Positions 36,318-49,405 of a DNA stretch of 64,000 bases are shown piece after piece. Position 1 is the stretch's first letter, and each line of letters begins with the position of its first letter. Source of the DNA: Rotaria socialis (lineage: Eukaryota). The stretch is from assembly GCA_905331295.1 (NCBI GenBank), contig CAJNYD010000055.1, forward strand, positions 1 to 64,000, given 5' to 3'. Under the pieces are notes generated by a model. It was given only the letters and a program-made list of their open reading frames with translations, was not told the origin of the DNA and ran no database searches. Position numbers and translations under genes: made by a program.

Positions 36318-39248
36318 TCAATCATGTTCATTATATGTCTAAACAGGTGTAACAAGAATATATTCGTTCATGTCAAATACAATACAATGTTTCAATATGA
36401 AATCAGTTAGTAAGATAGTTTTTTTACAAGGATGATTTTCTAAAACAAAAAAGAAACTATCTAAAGGTTTCTTCAATAAATGATAATATTTCGATAGACG
36501 AAAATAATCACTATAGTTTTGCTTGACAGGATATAAATTAACAACAGCATATGATTTTTCTTTCGATAGTAGAAAGAAAAAATATTCAATTGTTCCAAAG
36601 TAATAATGACGTTGATCAAATGAATATTGTATAAAGTAACTTACAGATTTACCACGTTTATTATACATCAATGAATGAAACATTCGGTCTTTAATAATAA
36701 AACGTCGATAAATGTTAAAAAACTTATGTAGTTGTTCGCAATCACATAACTGAGCATAAAGATCATGATATTTATCGACAGCATCATTCACTAAATCAAT
36801 TTTTTCGATGATTGCTTTGGTTTTTGTTGGCTTGTTATGTAATGAGAAGTCGATGTTATAGTAATATGTAATTAACTCCCCATAATATCGCGTACCATGG
36901 TGATTGGAGCCAATGGACCCGATGAGGTCTTCTTGGCCAAAGCATCCGATGTTTGATAAAGCACCGTGATTGTTGTACATAGTTTTAAAATGTGTGTGTA
37001 AATGCAATACTAAATTTTGAAGTCCACAGTAATATTCATCATGATCATGGTAAAAATGTTGAAATAAGTCATGTGCAACATTGCTTGTCTTTGATCCAAA
37101 TATCGATTCAGCATGTAATAAACGAGTAAAACAAACAAATAGGGCTAAATGAGATAATTTTTCGATTGGTAAATATAATTGAAAAATAGGTAAAAGACCA
37201 TAAAATAGTATATTTTTTATTTCGGTTGCCTTAACAAAACCGAAGTTACTTATAGGTCTCATTTTTCGGTTGAAATAATGAGGGAAATTTTGTCTTTTTA
37301 ATCGATTATCGACTTCCAAACGATGAATAGGCTTCAACGTATAATATAAATTTGATATTAGGGCTTTTCCATGCCCTAACAACGTGACATGCAGATAATC
37401 AATTATGACTGCATCAGGTAATGGTATATCAAGAATCGGTGATAGTACACTTACACCTAAATGCCCATATACATTAATATTTTTTTCTTCAGCAAGATTT
37501 GATTCATCTTCATAAGCACTTTTATTACGCATGATCATTGGTAATTCAATTTTATACTGACGTTTACCACCTATATGTTCACCAGGAACATAGCAGAGCC
37601 AACAACAGTAATAGCCATTGTGGCTTATAAAATTTAAAATAAGTCTTAATACCGGACAATCACCAGTAACACCATAAATTTTCAATTTATAATTTATATT
37701 TTCATTAATGACAATACCTAAAATATAGAGAAAACTATTACACATATGACTTTGAATAATAAAGATGATAAACAGAGGACTACTAAAGAAAAAAAAAGAA
37801 AATTCATTTTGTATTATTCGTGGTGAGATTCATGATTGCTGATGTCAAGCAACAAATTAAAACGTGTAAAATTTCATTTTAAAGTACAAGGAATATTTAT
37901 AGAGAAACTTTTGTTTTCAACAAGTCATATAGATGTAGAATGAGAATTTATTTTGTTTGGTCTAAATAGAGTTCAAAAGGAGAAGTCATTCGTAAAAAAA
38001 ACTGAAATAGTTAACTTATAAAATTTAGACATTCTTTAAAAAGCAATTCGATCCTAAGCAGAAAAGCAGATAGCAGACGAAAACATTTTTTTTTCAATTG
38101 CTGAAATATTATTATCTTAATTTAAGCTATAAAAAGATCAATACCTTGCATTTTCAACGATTGGATTTGTGAAATAATTGGTCGGAGCCATAAATCCGGC
38201 TTAGGTTCAGTATACGCCACCCATATTGACATTAAAATCATGTTATAACGACGATATCGAAAAATTGGTGGTAACTCGACGATCGACCCACTGAATAGCC
38301 ACATTTTTAATTTACTTGAACGAGTAAGACCAACGCCATCGAGATGAAGTATGAGGCTAAGAATATTTTCTGAAGAATACTCCTTTAATAATTCTCCATA
38401 CAAATATCCGAACAGAATATCTTGTGTTTCTTGTTCGTCGATATTATTATAGATTTTTTGTTTGTATTCTTCAATAATAGGTGTTAAACGTTTAACTAAT
38501 TTGGTGAAGACGTCTTTCAAGTTAATGTCATAAATATCGGCTATTGATTTTTCATCACAACATTTACAGTTTAAACATTTTCTTTGTTTATATTCTAAAT
38601 CTCCTTTGCATATTAGACAGATTGATCGTCTAGAAAATAAATTATCAATATTCATAAACAACAAAAGATCATCCATTGTAGCAGGAAGGTGATTAGGCGT
38701 AGGCAAAATCGATTTAATCAATGTAATGAGATGTGTTGAATGTGATTTGGAAATATCTGCAGCACGTAAATAATTCAATAGATCAGCACAATAATATATA
38801 GTTGAAACGTTTGTATATTCGTGCAAACATACTTCTTCACTTTCTGTTTCACTGCTATCATGTCAGATGTTGAACAATCCGTAGCATCATCAATGTTAAA
38901 ATCATTATTATTGCATTCATCGTATTCACAATTTATCATACCACCCACAGCATCAGAATCAATACAATAATTTTCATTCAAACTTTCATCTTGATCTTTA
39001 TGAAAATGTAAAGCATCATCAATACGATCATCATCTTCATCTATAATAACTTGTACTTCTTCTTGTAAATCATGTAATTTAGAACAATGAGAAAATTCTT
39101 CAGTTAATGGACATTTGGGTAAATAAAACGATTCTTCTGTTTCTTGAGCGAGATCAGTACGAGCACGAGCATTTGAGTTATTCTTTTTGTATCTTTTACT
39201 TCGTTGTTCTTGATCATAACAAATAGCATTTTCTAGATCGATATTCAT
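36318..39248 (-). pseudogene. EnSpm/CACTA-type DDE transposase, disrupted
   Basis: CxxC..CxxC zinc finger, LHLDGV, WLFSGSIVELPP, GDCPV...HNGYYCCWLC, DYLHVTLLG, KATE, LHLHTH, CFGQE. Frameshift near 38865 (ORFs 38775-39248 and 38122-38826 overlap in different frames). Probable premature TAG at 36339 ahead of in-frame TYNEHD*. Intron ~37718-38143. Confidence 0.85.
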
Positions 39249-40217
39249 CGGTGAGATCTAAAAAAATTAGAAGGTTTCAAAATCAATAATTTGATATTGT
39301 TTTTATACACAATATGACCAAATATGCCGGGCGCGATCTAGAGCTAAATTAATTCATGGAGAGAAAAGAGGAAAAATAATATCCCAAATCAACAAAAGAA
39401 AGATTCTATGTATGTTTACGATTAATTTCTGTACGAAGAAAGTATAATGTCATTCATTATCACATCAGATCGAATGGTCTAGTCCGAATAGCAAAAAACA
39501 GTCATACAGAATAGCACGTCAATTTTGTAGTTTATTCGTATTCTCCGTCCGCCGATTTCTTCGGTTGAATCATTGCACAACAGAAGAAGAACACTCGAAA
39601 TTAAAACCCTAAGTCTACTATTTATTTCAATTAAATTAGGAAACTCGCTATTCGAAAACTTTCTCTAGAATAAAATAAAATAAAACGGTAGAAAATAACA
39701 TAATTAAAATTGAAATAGAATAACACAAAATAATCTAAAATCCAGAATCAAATAATTTATAATATAAAATGGAATATAATAAATAAAATCTAACATTCAA
39801 CAAATAAAAACAATTTAGAATATAAAATAAAATACAGTAAAAATAAATAAATAAATAAAATAAAATAGTTTAAAAAATAAAATAAAATAATTTATAATAT
39901 AATATAAAATACAGTAAAAATAAATAAAGAAATAAAAGAAAATGAATACAATATGTTGAGCGATAGTGTCTATGTGTGTATTTTACCCATATTTATATCT
40001 CCAAGTAAAACAGATGCAAAACGGTAAAAAACATTCGCATTAGAAGGAAGTCGTTTCCGACAACACGGAAACCGTCACCTAAAAGGCCACCGTTTTTCGC
40101 TGTATCACATCGTTTTCCGGTACTGCGTATCTGGCCATCGTAACGCCTACCGTTTTTCGCCGTTTTTAGGCGTTTAGGGCCGTTTACGGACTGTTCTATT
40201 CGACATGGGATACTTAC

Positions 40218-41625
40218 ACATTTCATCAAGAATTTCTTCCCGTTTTTTAGTTTTTGGTATTCCACCAACGAATAAACGACAATTATCAACAGATTGGCAA
40301 ACACCAATTAAACGACTAGGACGAATTTCATAATTATTTAATTCTTTAACAGAACGTTTTGCATCATCGCGACATGTATATGTTATAAATGCATAGCCAC
40401 GGTTGAAACCAGAAAAATCCATCATTAGACGCATTTCATAGATTTGTCCACAACGTTCAAATAATGGAAATAGTTCGGATTCAAAACAATCACGAGGTAA
40501 TTTGCCAACAAATACTTCACAACCACGACCAGGCGGATGACATGTTGTTGGCCAATCTAAATGGTTTTAAAAGAATTGTATTCAATTATTTCATTTTTAA
40601 TGAACTTTGTAGAAAAAAACAACAATATTGATTCACCAAAAATATGTGTAAAAATCCAAGTTCTTTCTTCTACTAGAATACTATATTGTTTGCATGTTAA
40701 TTTACATGATCGGTTAGAGATTTTCAATGCGAAAACAACTATCAGTATAATGATATTTTTTCCAGTTTTGAATCATAGAAATATCAGTTGATAAAAACAA
40801 ATAGTATATTGATAAAAATATCTATCTCACAACAAGAACTAAATAATATCTATTAAAACTTATTTATTATTGTAATTGTTTTTATCAATTCATTATTTAT
40901 TCTATACAACTTATTATATGTTCAATACAAATTTTGATTGTCTCAAAGTTAAACACTTCTGATAAAATAAAGCTTTTCTAAAGATACGAAGATAGGAAAA
41001 CAAATGGTATGCAAATAAAAACTATCGAAAAATGATTATCTGATCTATACGACATCTATTAAATTCAGCTTTGTGTGCAAGTTCAATAATTCGACAACAA
41101 CAATATCTCGCGATTTATACTTTTCAACAATTATCTTTTGCGAGAAATTTTGCTAAAATATTTTAAGAAGTTGATAAAAACCAACAGAGTTCTATTAGAT
41201 TCGATTCAATCGATAGACTATTTAAGTTTTTCATCAATAAGGTATGAAAAAATAATTAATCACACGAAAGCAAATATTAATCCTCATGTCGTTCTAACAA
41301 TTATTTATCTTAGAGTGAAACTATTGGAGAAGAAAATTGATATTTTAATTGACGAATAAATAATGAACAAATGAATTATACCTGGTGGTGGCCCAGTTTT
41401 TCGTTGTCCATTTTCTTGCCTAACAGGGTAACCATTATCAGGATTAACACTTGTTATAATTTCATTTGGATGAGTTCCAATTATATTTGATGGTGAAAGA
41501 TGAGGAAACGAGGTGAATGATTCTTCATTTGAATTGTTTTTATCGTTTGAATCAATAATTGAATCTTCTTTAGATAACTCTTGATCAACACATGATGATG
41601 AAACTTTATTTGATTCAATATCCAT
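40218..41625 (-). CDS. A1CF/RBM46/RBM47-like (hnRNP R/Q family) RRM protein; first two coding exons only (41625-~41382, ~40557-40218)
   Basis: [14 protein letters not shown]...[23 protein letters not shown]...[22 protein letters not shown]...[24 protein letters not shown]; interrupted by the transposon terminus. Confidence 0.9.
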
Positions 41626-44600
41626 GGATTACAATGACAATAAACTAGAAGTGTATATCATATTAGAAATTTAAAAATCATAGAAACCATCTGTTCGTTT
41701 CTTTGCCTTTTTTCTCTTTTTCAATTCTTTCTCATTAGAAAAAAAATCAGAGAAGGATTATAAATCAAAGAGAAAAGGCAGTAAAATAAAAGAAAAGGTG
41801 CTCTCATCGTCTTTCTCTCTTTTATATATTTTCTTTTTCGTATGTCGACATCGACAGATATAGATAAGGCACCACTTTCTTCTTCTATTCAATAACGATA
41901 AAACTAACTTCAAACATATAAATATACACATGATGACATAGAGCAAACAAAACAATGACGACTATTCCGAAAGCAATTCTCTTTTCTTTTCGAACGATCT
42001 TCAATTTCGATGATAAGACATAAGAGGAAAAAATTTCAAAAAGAAAGACAAATCGACGGTGAAATGAAAAATCATATTTCAATAGATTAATCGATTGAAA
42101 AAAAGGAGAGAAAAGAAAATGAGAAAGTGTGTTCGATGCCATAAACACCTGTTTCTCTCTCATATCATTTATCAATATTTATCCCGATATCATTTATTGA
42201 TTTCATTAAGAGAAAAAAAATAATAATTAAACAAAAACAAAACAAAAAACTTACTCGAAAAAAACGATTAAATCAAATGAAAAGTTTAATTTTGAAAGTC
42301 GAATTTTGAATTACAATAATAATAATAATAATAATAAATTAAGAAGCAATCTTCATCTCACATCCGCCGTCGTTTAACGGTCGGTATGTGGTGTTGGTCT
42401 AATCTCTTCTATCGACGATGAATGTGTGTGTCTGTATGTGTGTGTCTGTATGTCTGTGTGTGCACAAATTAGAGAGAGCTTTTATCTTTCTCTTTCTCCC
42501 AAGCACGTGTAGTTGATCTCTTATTTCACAACTAGTGACTATCTCTCTTATATAGAATACCAAGTCAACATAACAAGTCATTTTCTATATTGACATTCTC
42601 ATTTAGTATATATATATATATTTATAAATTTAAACATTCTTTTCAAAATTCAATTCATTTTATTATTTACATTTCAATAAAAACAAATTGAAGCAATTAC
42701 ATATTTTAGACTTTCAAGTTCAATTTAATTAAAAATAAAAAAAAGAATGCAAGAAAACTTTTGATTGCTATCGATTGTTGTATGTTTCCACATATGTGTC
42801 CGTGGAATAAATAAGATAAACAAAACAAAAAAAAAGAAAAAGAAAAAGAAATGGGTTAAACGTCTAATGAGAAGACAGGAAATCAAAGGACACAAGTCAC
42901 AGGAAATTATTCTTTTATTCACTTATAATTTGCAATAAATTAATTTTGGGGTGTGGCTTTTTCTCTTGGTACAACTCTCATTAAATATCGATTGAACAAA
43001 TCAAATTATTATAATGTTCCTTTTGTCTTTTAATAATCACTCAATCTTTTATTTTCTTTGTCTTTTCATTCTAGTTCTAGTAAATGTTCGTTTCTGTGTT
43101 GTGTACTCTCTCTATGTATGTTAAAACAACAATTTTTTTTATTTCCTCTGACCTTGCAAGCAGGATTAGTATATAAAATTTGATTTGTTTGTATTCACAC
43201 TTACTAGTGTTCGATCGATGAATAGTGACACGTTGTCGATAGAAATGAACACGAATAACGATAGTTATATTTACCAAGAATTGTCATTTTTCCTTTTCTT
43301 TGCTGTTTATTTGAGAATCAAATGAATTCATGACTACTTCTCACTCAGTACATCTTATTCTATATTAGAACAAATAAAAAAGAAAACATTCATTACACTT
43401 AAATCGATATTCGTAGAATCAATAAAGTAACACTAATTCAAATATCTTTTTCATATCTATTTGGTTGAGAGTTTTCACTGACTTAGCAAAAAGAAAAGGA
43501 AAATAAGACGAATTGGATATTTTTGTTTTATTTGCATAGAAGATAAAATTTGAATCACACGAAAAGCTTTTTGTCCGTATTTTTACATAGAATCACTTTT
43601 TGCCTTCAATAAAGAAAAGATGATATTTGCACAGATTGTTAACCAATGTTGTCTATCAGGGTTATTTTATAATTAGATTTCACCAACTAAAGGTTGCATA
43701 ATCGTTAATAAAATAGGGATTTTCTTATGTCTAGATTTCTCATACTTGTAACAACAATTCGAACTTTTTAAATTGTTAATTTGAAGTTTTATAAAATATT
43801 TGTAGCGATAGAAAGATGTTCTATCTTTTCAATAATATTAATCATAATAAATGATATTAAAAAAAACAGATAATTATCATTGCATCGTTTTTATTCTTTA
43901 TTTTTCATAGGCACGCTCAAGTGACTCTCAATTATGAATCATGGAAATTGTACTAATTTTTTGCCAATAAATAATAATAGAATTCATAACGATTATTAAA
44001 TCACTAATTGGCGATTCGAACACAATAATAAGATTTAATTTTGATAGACTTTTCTAACTAAACAATAGAATATCAATTAAGAAATATCGTTTAAAAAGAA
44101 TTTTCTAATCTTTTTATTCGCATCAATAGGATAGATCTAAAAACTTGTTTATATACATGAATTTATCTATTTAAACTTTTATCTTGAGTAATATTTTTTT
44201 GTCTCTGATTTTAAATTTAAGAACAATTGTGTCGAAGTGTTCAATGGTTAGAAAGATTTTCTATTATTACCATATTTTCAGGAAATTTACACGACTATTC
44301 TTCTTGTAATGATTATAGCTAATTTCTATAGTAAATGTCGATCTACAATTTAGATCAATCGTATACTTGGTCCTATCATTTTATTGATTATTCTAGTTTT
44401 TGTTTTTTAAAATAATACCAAATGATATTACTACTTGTGAAATTAAAATCAAGATCAATTAGAAGAATCTTACGAAAAAATCAATGAAGAATACATTTTA
44501 TCTATGCTATATCAACGATAGATCAAATGTAAACATAGAAAATTTATTGAAATTGAAATATATTGAATTCAGTTATAGATATTTTATTTAACATGATCAG

Positions 44601-44740
44601 GTTCTACAAAAGTATTTAAAACATATAGATTTTTATTGATTTATTAAAAAGATTCAAATCAGCAACGAAGATGAATGTTAATGACAAAAGAACAAGTGAA
44701 TAAATAAATAAATATATATGTATGATAATTTTTAATGATA

Positions 44741-45473
44741 TTATTTCGGAGATTTGAACATGACAGTAAGACCAAGAATAATTGTCATAAAAATGAGAAA
44801 TGGCAACCACGTACGAAGAAATCCGAGAAAACTAAATAAAATAAAATTATACGGATAAAACTAAGATTGAATATTTATCTGTTCAACTACCTGACAAATT
44901 TTCCACGAAAAAACATCCAAAAACAAAGTGTAATCATATTATATGAATGCTTTCGATTATAATTCATTGTATTCAACGCCATAGCTACATGTGAATGGCA
45001 ATTATCACAACATAAATTATGCTAAGAAAAATAAAAACAAAATTAATAAAAATGAAGCAATTCTGATTCGATTAACCATTCGTTTTTCATATTCATCTGA
45101 TGCTTGCTCAACAGCTTTGTCCCAAACGCTTTGTACATTGATTGAGCCCATTGCTGTTGTTGTTGAAATACGATTAAGGTCAAGTTGTAAATATCTTGTT
45201 GGTCGACCAAAGGCCATATCATCTTCCTATATTGAATTATATTTTTTAGTATTTCCTAAGATATTCATTTTCTATTAAACTTACTGATACATAATATGGT
45301 CCTGCAAAATCTCGAATAACTCCATCAGTACGTGCAATACCTATGTGACCAATAAATGGGAAAAGCCATGTAAGAAGTGGAATCGGTGTCCAAACAATAC
45401 AGTGAGGATATCGAACGCGAACTATATCAATGCGATCGTTAAAACCACTTGATATAAAATGATCGTCGTTCAT
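44741..45473 (-). CDS. TMEM222: Transmembrane protein 222 (RTE1-like/DUF778), 4 exons; possible extra micro-exon start at 45552
   Basis: RYPHCIVWTPIPLLTWLFPFIGHIGI..DGVIRDFAGPYYVS/EDDMAFGRPTRYLQLD...WDKAV..ASDEY/HNLCCDNCHSHVAMALN. Confidence 0.95.
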
Positions 45474-46269
45474 GTTACTTTTTTGTGATGATTCTACACA
45501 ATCTTGAAGAGAAATAAAATAAGAATTTTTTGATGAGTTAATTAGTACTCATTTGACTCAAAAAAAAAACAAAAACAAATAGAACTAACGATTCTCGATG
45601 AATAATAAGATAAATCAATGTTATGTGAAATTGAAACTATTAGAAATTGACACTATTAATTATATTTTCAACGAAAATTATTCCATTTGCTAGAATGAAA
45701 ATCCATTGAGGAAGAGATTGAAGACTTCTCTTTACATTTCAATATTTGTTTAGTTTTGATGCAACAAATAGATGTCACTATTTTAGATACTTACTTTTTA
45801 CGATTCTTTTCAATCATTTGATAAAACTAACATTTAAATCATACAAGAAATTTTCTCGGAAAAATCTTTTTCCAATGTGTTTACTAGAGTTGAGCTGGGG
45901 GNTATTGTTAAAAGTCGTCCAGGAGATTCATTCCGACCTACGTATCTTCCAAGAAACGACCGGATCCGGTATCGGATCACACCGGAATCCGACGAGTTCC
46001 ACAGTAAAACCGGCCGGAACCGGTCCGTATTACTCCGGATTCCTAACTAACGGATTCCGGCCCGGATTACGCCGGAAAAGGATCTGATCGGTTCCTGTCG
46101 AAATCGATCATCGGAACTTTCAGGAAATGATCGGATCCGATCATAGACAAACGCCGGAACAGAAAGACTTCCTGCGACATTCCACTGGATTCCGTCGGAT
46201 TCCTATGCAGCTCAAACAAGATTCATCTGGATTATATAGAGATTTACTTCTCCCAAACATCCCTTTGAT

Positions 46270-46515
46270 TACCAATGCATCCACAACAGATTTTCCCGGA
46301 TTATAAAAACATTCACTATCGGCTTTTCCGGATTACAAAGTCATTCTCATTAAGATTATGTGGATTAAACAAAAATCCATATTATGATTTTGAGGATTAC
46401 AAAATCATCCATATCAAGATTATCTCGATTGAAAAATAAGCCACATCAGGATTATCTCCATTGAAAAATAATCCATATCAGGATTATCTCGATTGGAAAA
46501 TAATCCACATCACGA
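46270..46515. repeat. 32-bp tandem repeat (GGATTATCTCGATTGAAAAATAATCCACATCA-like)
   Basis: GATTATCTC recurs at 46418, 46450 and 46482; more degenerate copies upstream. Confidence 0.85.
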
Positions 46516-46830
46516 TTAGGTACAACACGCCAATCATCTAGGAACATTCCTAGATACTGACTTCGATCAGCTGATATCCTCCTTAGGAGCCTCAATTCAA
46601 ACACAGAGGATCTTTCCTAGATACCACACACAAATCGTCTAGGATCTTTCCTAGATACCACACACCAATCCACTAGGATCTTTCCTAGATACCACACACC
46701 AATCAACTAGGATCATTCCTAGGTACAACACACCAACCATCTAGGATCATTCCTAGGTACAACACATCAATCCAGCTTGAATCATTCCTAGGCAACTCGC
46801 ACCGATCACTTAGAATCATTCATAGGTCGT
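46516..46830. repeat. 34-bp tandem repeat containing the palindrome CTAGGA-N4-TCCTAG
   Basis: TAGGATC recurs at 46640, 46674, 46708 and 46742. Confidence 0.9.
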
Positions 46831-47035
46831 CGCCAGGGATCAGCTATCATCCTTTCTAATCAATAATATAGATTATCTCGGACCACTCCTACCACTGTAA
46901 TGTGAATCGTTTAGGGTCCATCCTCCAAAGTAACAAAAAAGCTAAGCCAAACATTCAACGTATCACTATACAATAAAATAACTAACTCTTTATGCATGTA
47001 AATATCTTTATATAATTTTTCTCAACACAAAACAC

Positions 47036-47365
47036 TGAGTGGCATCTGGCAGTAATCCAAATCGACGATTACCAAGGATTACTAAAGATTATTATAGATT
47101 ACTAACGATTATTATGAACTACTAAGGATTAACTTGGATTACCAAGAGTCGGATGAAAATACATCTTGGTCATCCAAGTTTTAATCTCAAAATGTACGTG
47201 AAAGGGGCCTACAAACAGTCGGCTATATATAGTGAAGTTGCTCAAAACAAAACGGTGAGTGACATCTGACAGTAATCCAAGTGGACGATTACCAAGGATT
47301 ACTAAAGATTATTATGGATTACTAAGAATCACTACGAATTACAAAGGATTGATAAGGATTATCAA
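47036..47365. repeat. ~110-bp direct repeat with a 220-bp period, built from 11-bp GATTACTAAAG-like units
   Basis: TGAGTGGCATCTGGCAGTAATCCAAATCGACGATTACCAAGG at 47036 versus TGAGTGACATCTGACAGTAATCCAAGTGGACGATTACCAAGG at 47256. Confidence 0.85.
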
Positions 47366-49161
47366 AGATCAGTAAAAGATTCTTAGGAAATCCAATCTAT
47401 TACTTCGAATTTTTCTCGAAAAGATTACGTGGAGCAGCAGTTTATATTATTGACCGTGTGGAAAAGATGTTGGTGTTTCCGATGTCCCTAGTAGAAGCAA
47501 TCATAATCTGAATAAGGACTCTTCAAATTAAGTACTGCTCTCTCGTCATCATCTCTTTTCCATCGTCTGCACGAAAATAAAAAATAAGGATTCACTTCAA
47601 TTTATTGAGCATTAGCAAAGCAATAATATTTTAGATTTCCTCATTTAGCGTTTATACTACTTAGAACAATTGAAGTTTTCAATAGAAAACAGTCTACAAA
47701 CTATTGATCGGGCTTTTTCGAAAGATCGATGGATATTGTTAGTATGTGGATGAAAAAAAAATCTACGAAAAACTCTGATCAAAATCAGCTATTGCATTAA
47801 AAATCAATTATCATGATGCCAAGAAGGCGTCAGTTCAATCTGAACAACTGATTTCTCAGTGTGAAACAGGTATTTGCTTGGATATAAATCGTTTAAAATC
47901 TATTTAAATAAATTGGCCAGATTAATGTGAACAAAATTGAGCTTTCATAATCACTCACGATTGATTAAACGCCAACACTTGATTAGAACAAATTAGAGTT
48001 GATAAAAAATAAAAGTAAAATTGAGTTTTTTTTCGATCTGTTAGTGTAAAATTGAGTGCCATTGCATAAGTTTTTAATTGATTTTGAAAATTTCTCTCTT
48101 GTCCAATCCAAAGCATTTCAGATGAATGCTATTACTATCTTGATATTTTTTTAATATATTTTGACTACTTACATTCAACAAACAATATCACCTTTCATTT
48201 AGATGTTCGCAAATTATTCGTTCAATTTATTTTCCTCACTAAAATTTACTGAGCGACGATTTCAGAATCGAGTTATTCGTTATTATTGCTCTCACCAAAT
48301 GCCAGCTACTTAGCGCAGTTGTTAACAAAAGTTTTTGAGTGTTTCCGATAACCACGTAATAGTGACTCTCATTGGATCTGTAATATGAAGCGTGATAAAA
48401 TGCGTGAATGAACCTTCTTGATACTTATATAATCCACCACATTCTGACACCAGCATTCGAGGAAGTTTGTGATGAGATTCCAAAAGAAAAAATCCTTACA
48501 CCGGATTTTGATTCTATATCGATCGAATTTCGTTTGATCAACAAATCTTATCAAGATCCGATAAAAATCCTGGGAACTCTATCGGATCCGGCAGTCGGAA
48601 TTCTGTCACAAGGATTTTAACACAAGTTCGATTTATGTTATTTGTTTCCGATCGGATCCGACGTACTAATGTTAATTGGATTTTGGGATCATCTCGAATG
48701 ATTAATTCCGCTCGATTCTTGGTACCAGATAATCCCGAATCACGTCAGATCTGGCGAGATCCGGACATCGGATCCGATAGATTCTGGCTACATGAGTCCG
48801 GTCGGAATGGATGGAATCCGGTAACCGAATATGAAAGAAAAATGACGAATATGATCGGATTCTGGTGGAAACGTCCCGACAAGATCCGACGGACCGCGAT
48901 TCTCCTGGGTCCATGGGCCATTTTAGACCAAACAGTAATAGAAATATTCTTGGAGAAACAGAAAGAAAATACTTTTTAAAGTCATTAAACAAGCAGTTAT
49001 CAAAAGCATTAAATTAATATTTTATGTTACTATTCAATATTCGTATTTTGTGTAAATCTATAAATGAAGTCTGGCAAATCAAGCTCATTAATAGCAAGAA
49101 TTATTTCATTTTTCTCTTCGCCAACCTTATCGAACGAAAAGAAAGTACCTTAGTCAACTCA

Positions 49162-49260
49162 CCCTAGAAGAATCCCCAGGGAGTTCCCTGACGAGTCCCC
49201 AGGGATTTTGTTATTTTGCGGGGACTCCCCGGGGAGTCGTCGGGGAAGAATGGATTAGGG
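49162..49260. mobile_element. 99-bp GC-rich miniature inverted-repeat element
   Basis: CCCTA...TAGGG termini, internal inverted GAGTCCCC/GGGGACTC, flanked on both sides by TCA (3-bp TSD). Confidence 0.65.
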
Positions 49261-49405
49261 TCATCACCAATACTCAAAATGAGTAATATATATTTATATT
49301 TATTTTATTTTGAAACTAAGTATAGTTGACATCGAATAAGAATCATTGTTTATTCAAAATTAAATATTGATGTTAATTGAACTATCATTATCGACAACAT
49401 TCAAA

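Larger units (their letters stand above)
35048..40209 (-). mobile_element. CMC/EnSpm (CACTA)-like DNA transposon, decayed; one terminus at 40209, the other presumably in the gap
   Basis: Minus-strand terminus CCCATGTCGA with (A)AAACGG subterminal repeats (40010-40200) and an AAAAT-rich spacer, then a transposase gene and a second spliced ORF. Confidence 0.8.
45919..48908. mobile_element. Non-autonomous TIR DNA element (~3 kb) with internal tandem arrays
   Basis: Left end CCAGGAGATTC, right end GATTCTCCTGG, both flanked by GT (possible 2-bp TSD); dense CGGATCCG/CCGGA subterminal motifs at both ends; no long ORF. Confidence 0.7.

Noticed and set aside
46516..46830. Palindromic repeats at regular spacing, superficially CRISPR-like
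   Set aside because: The intervening sequences are near-identical rather than unique spacers, no cas genes are present, and the context is eukaryotic.
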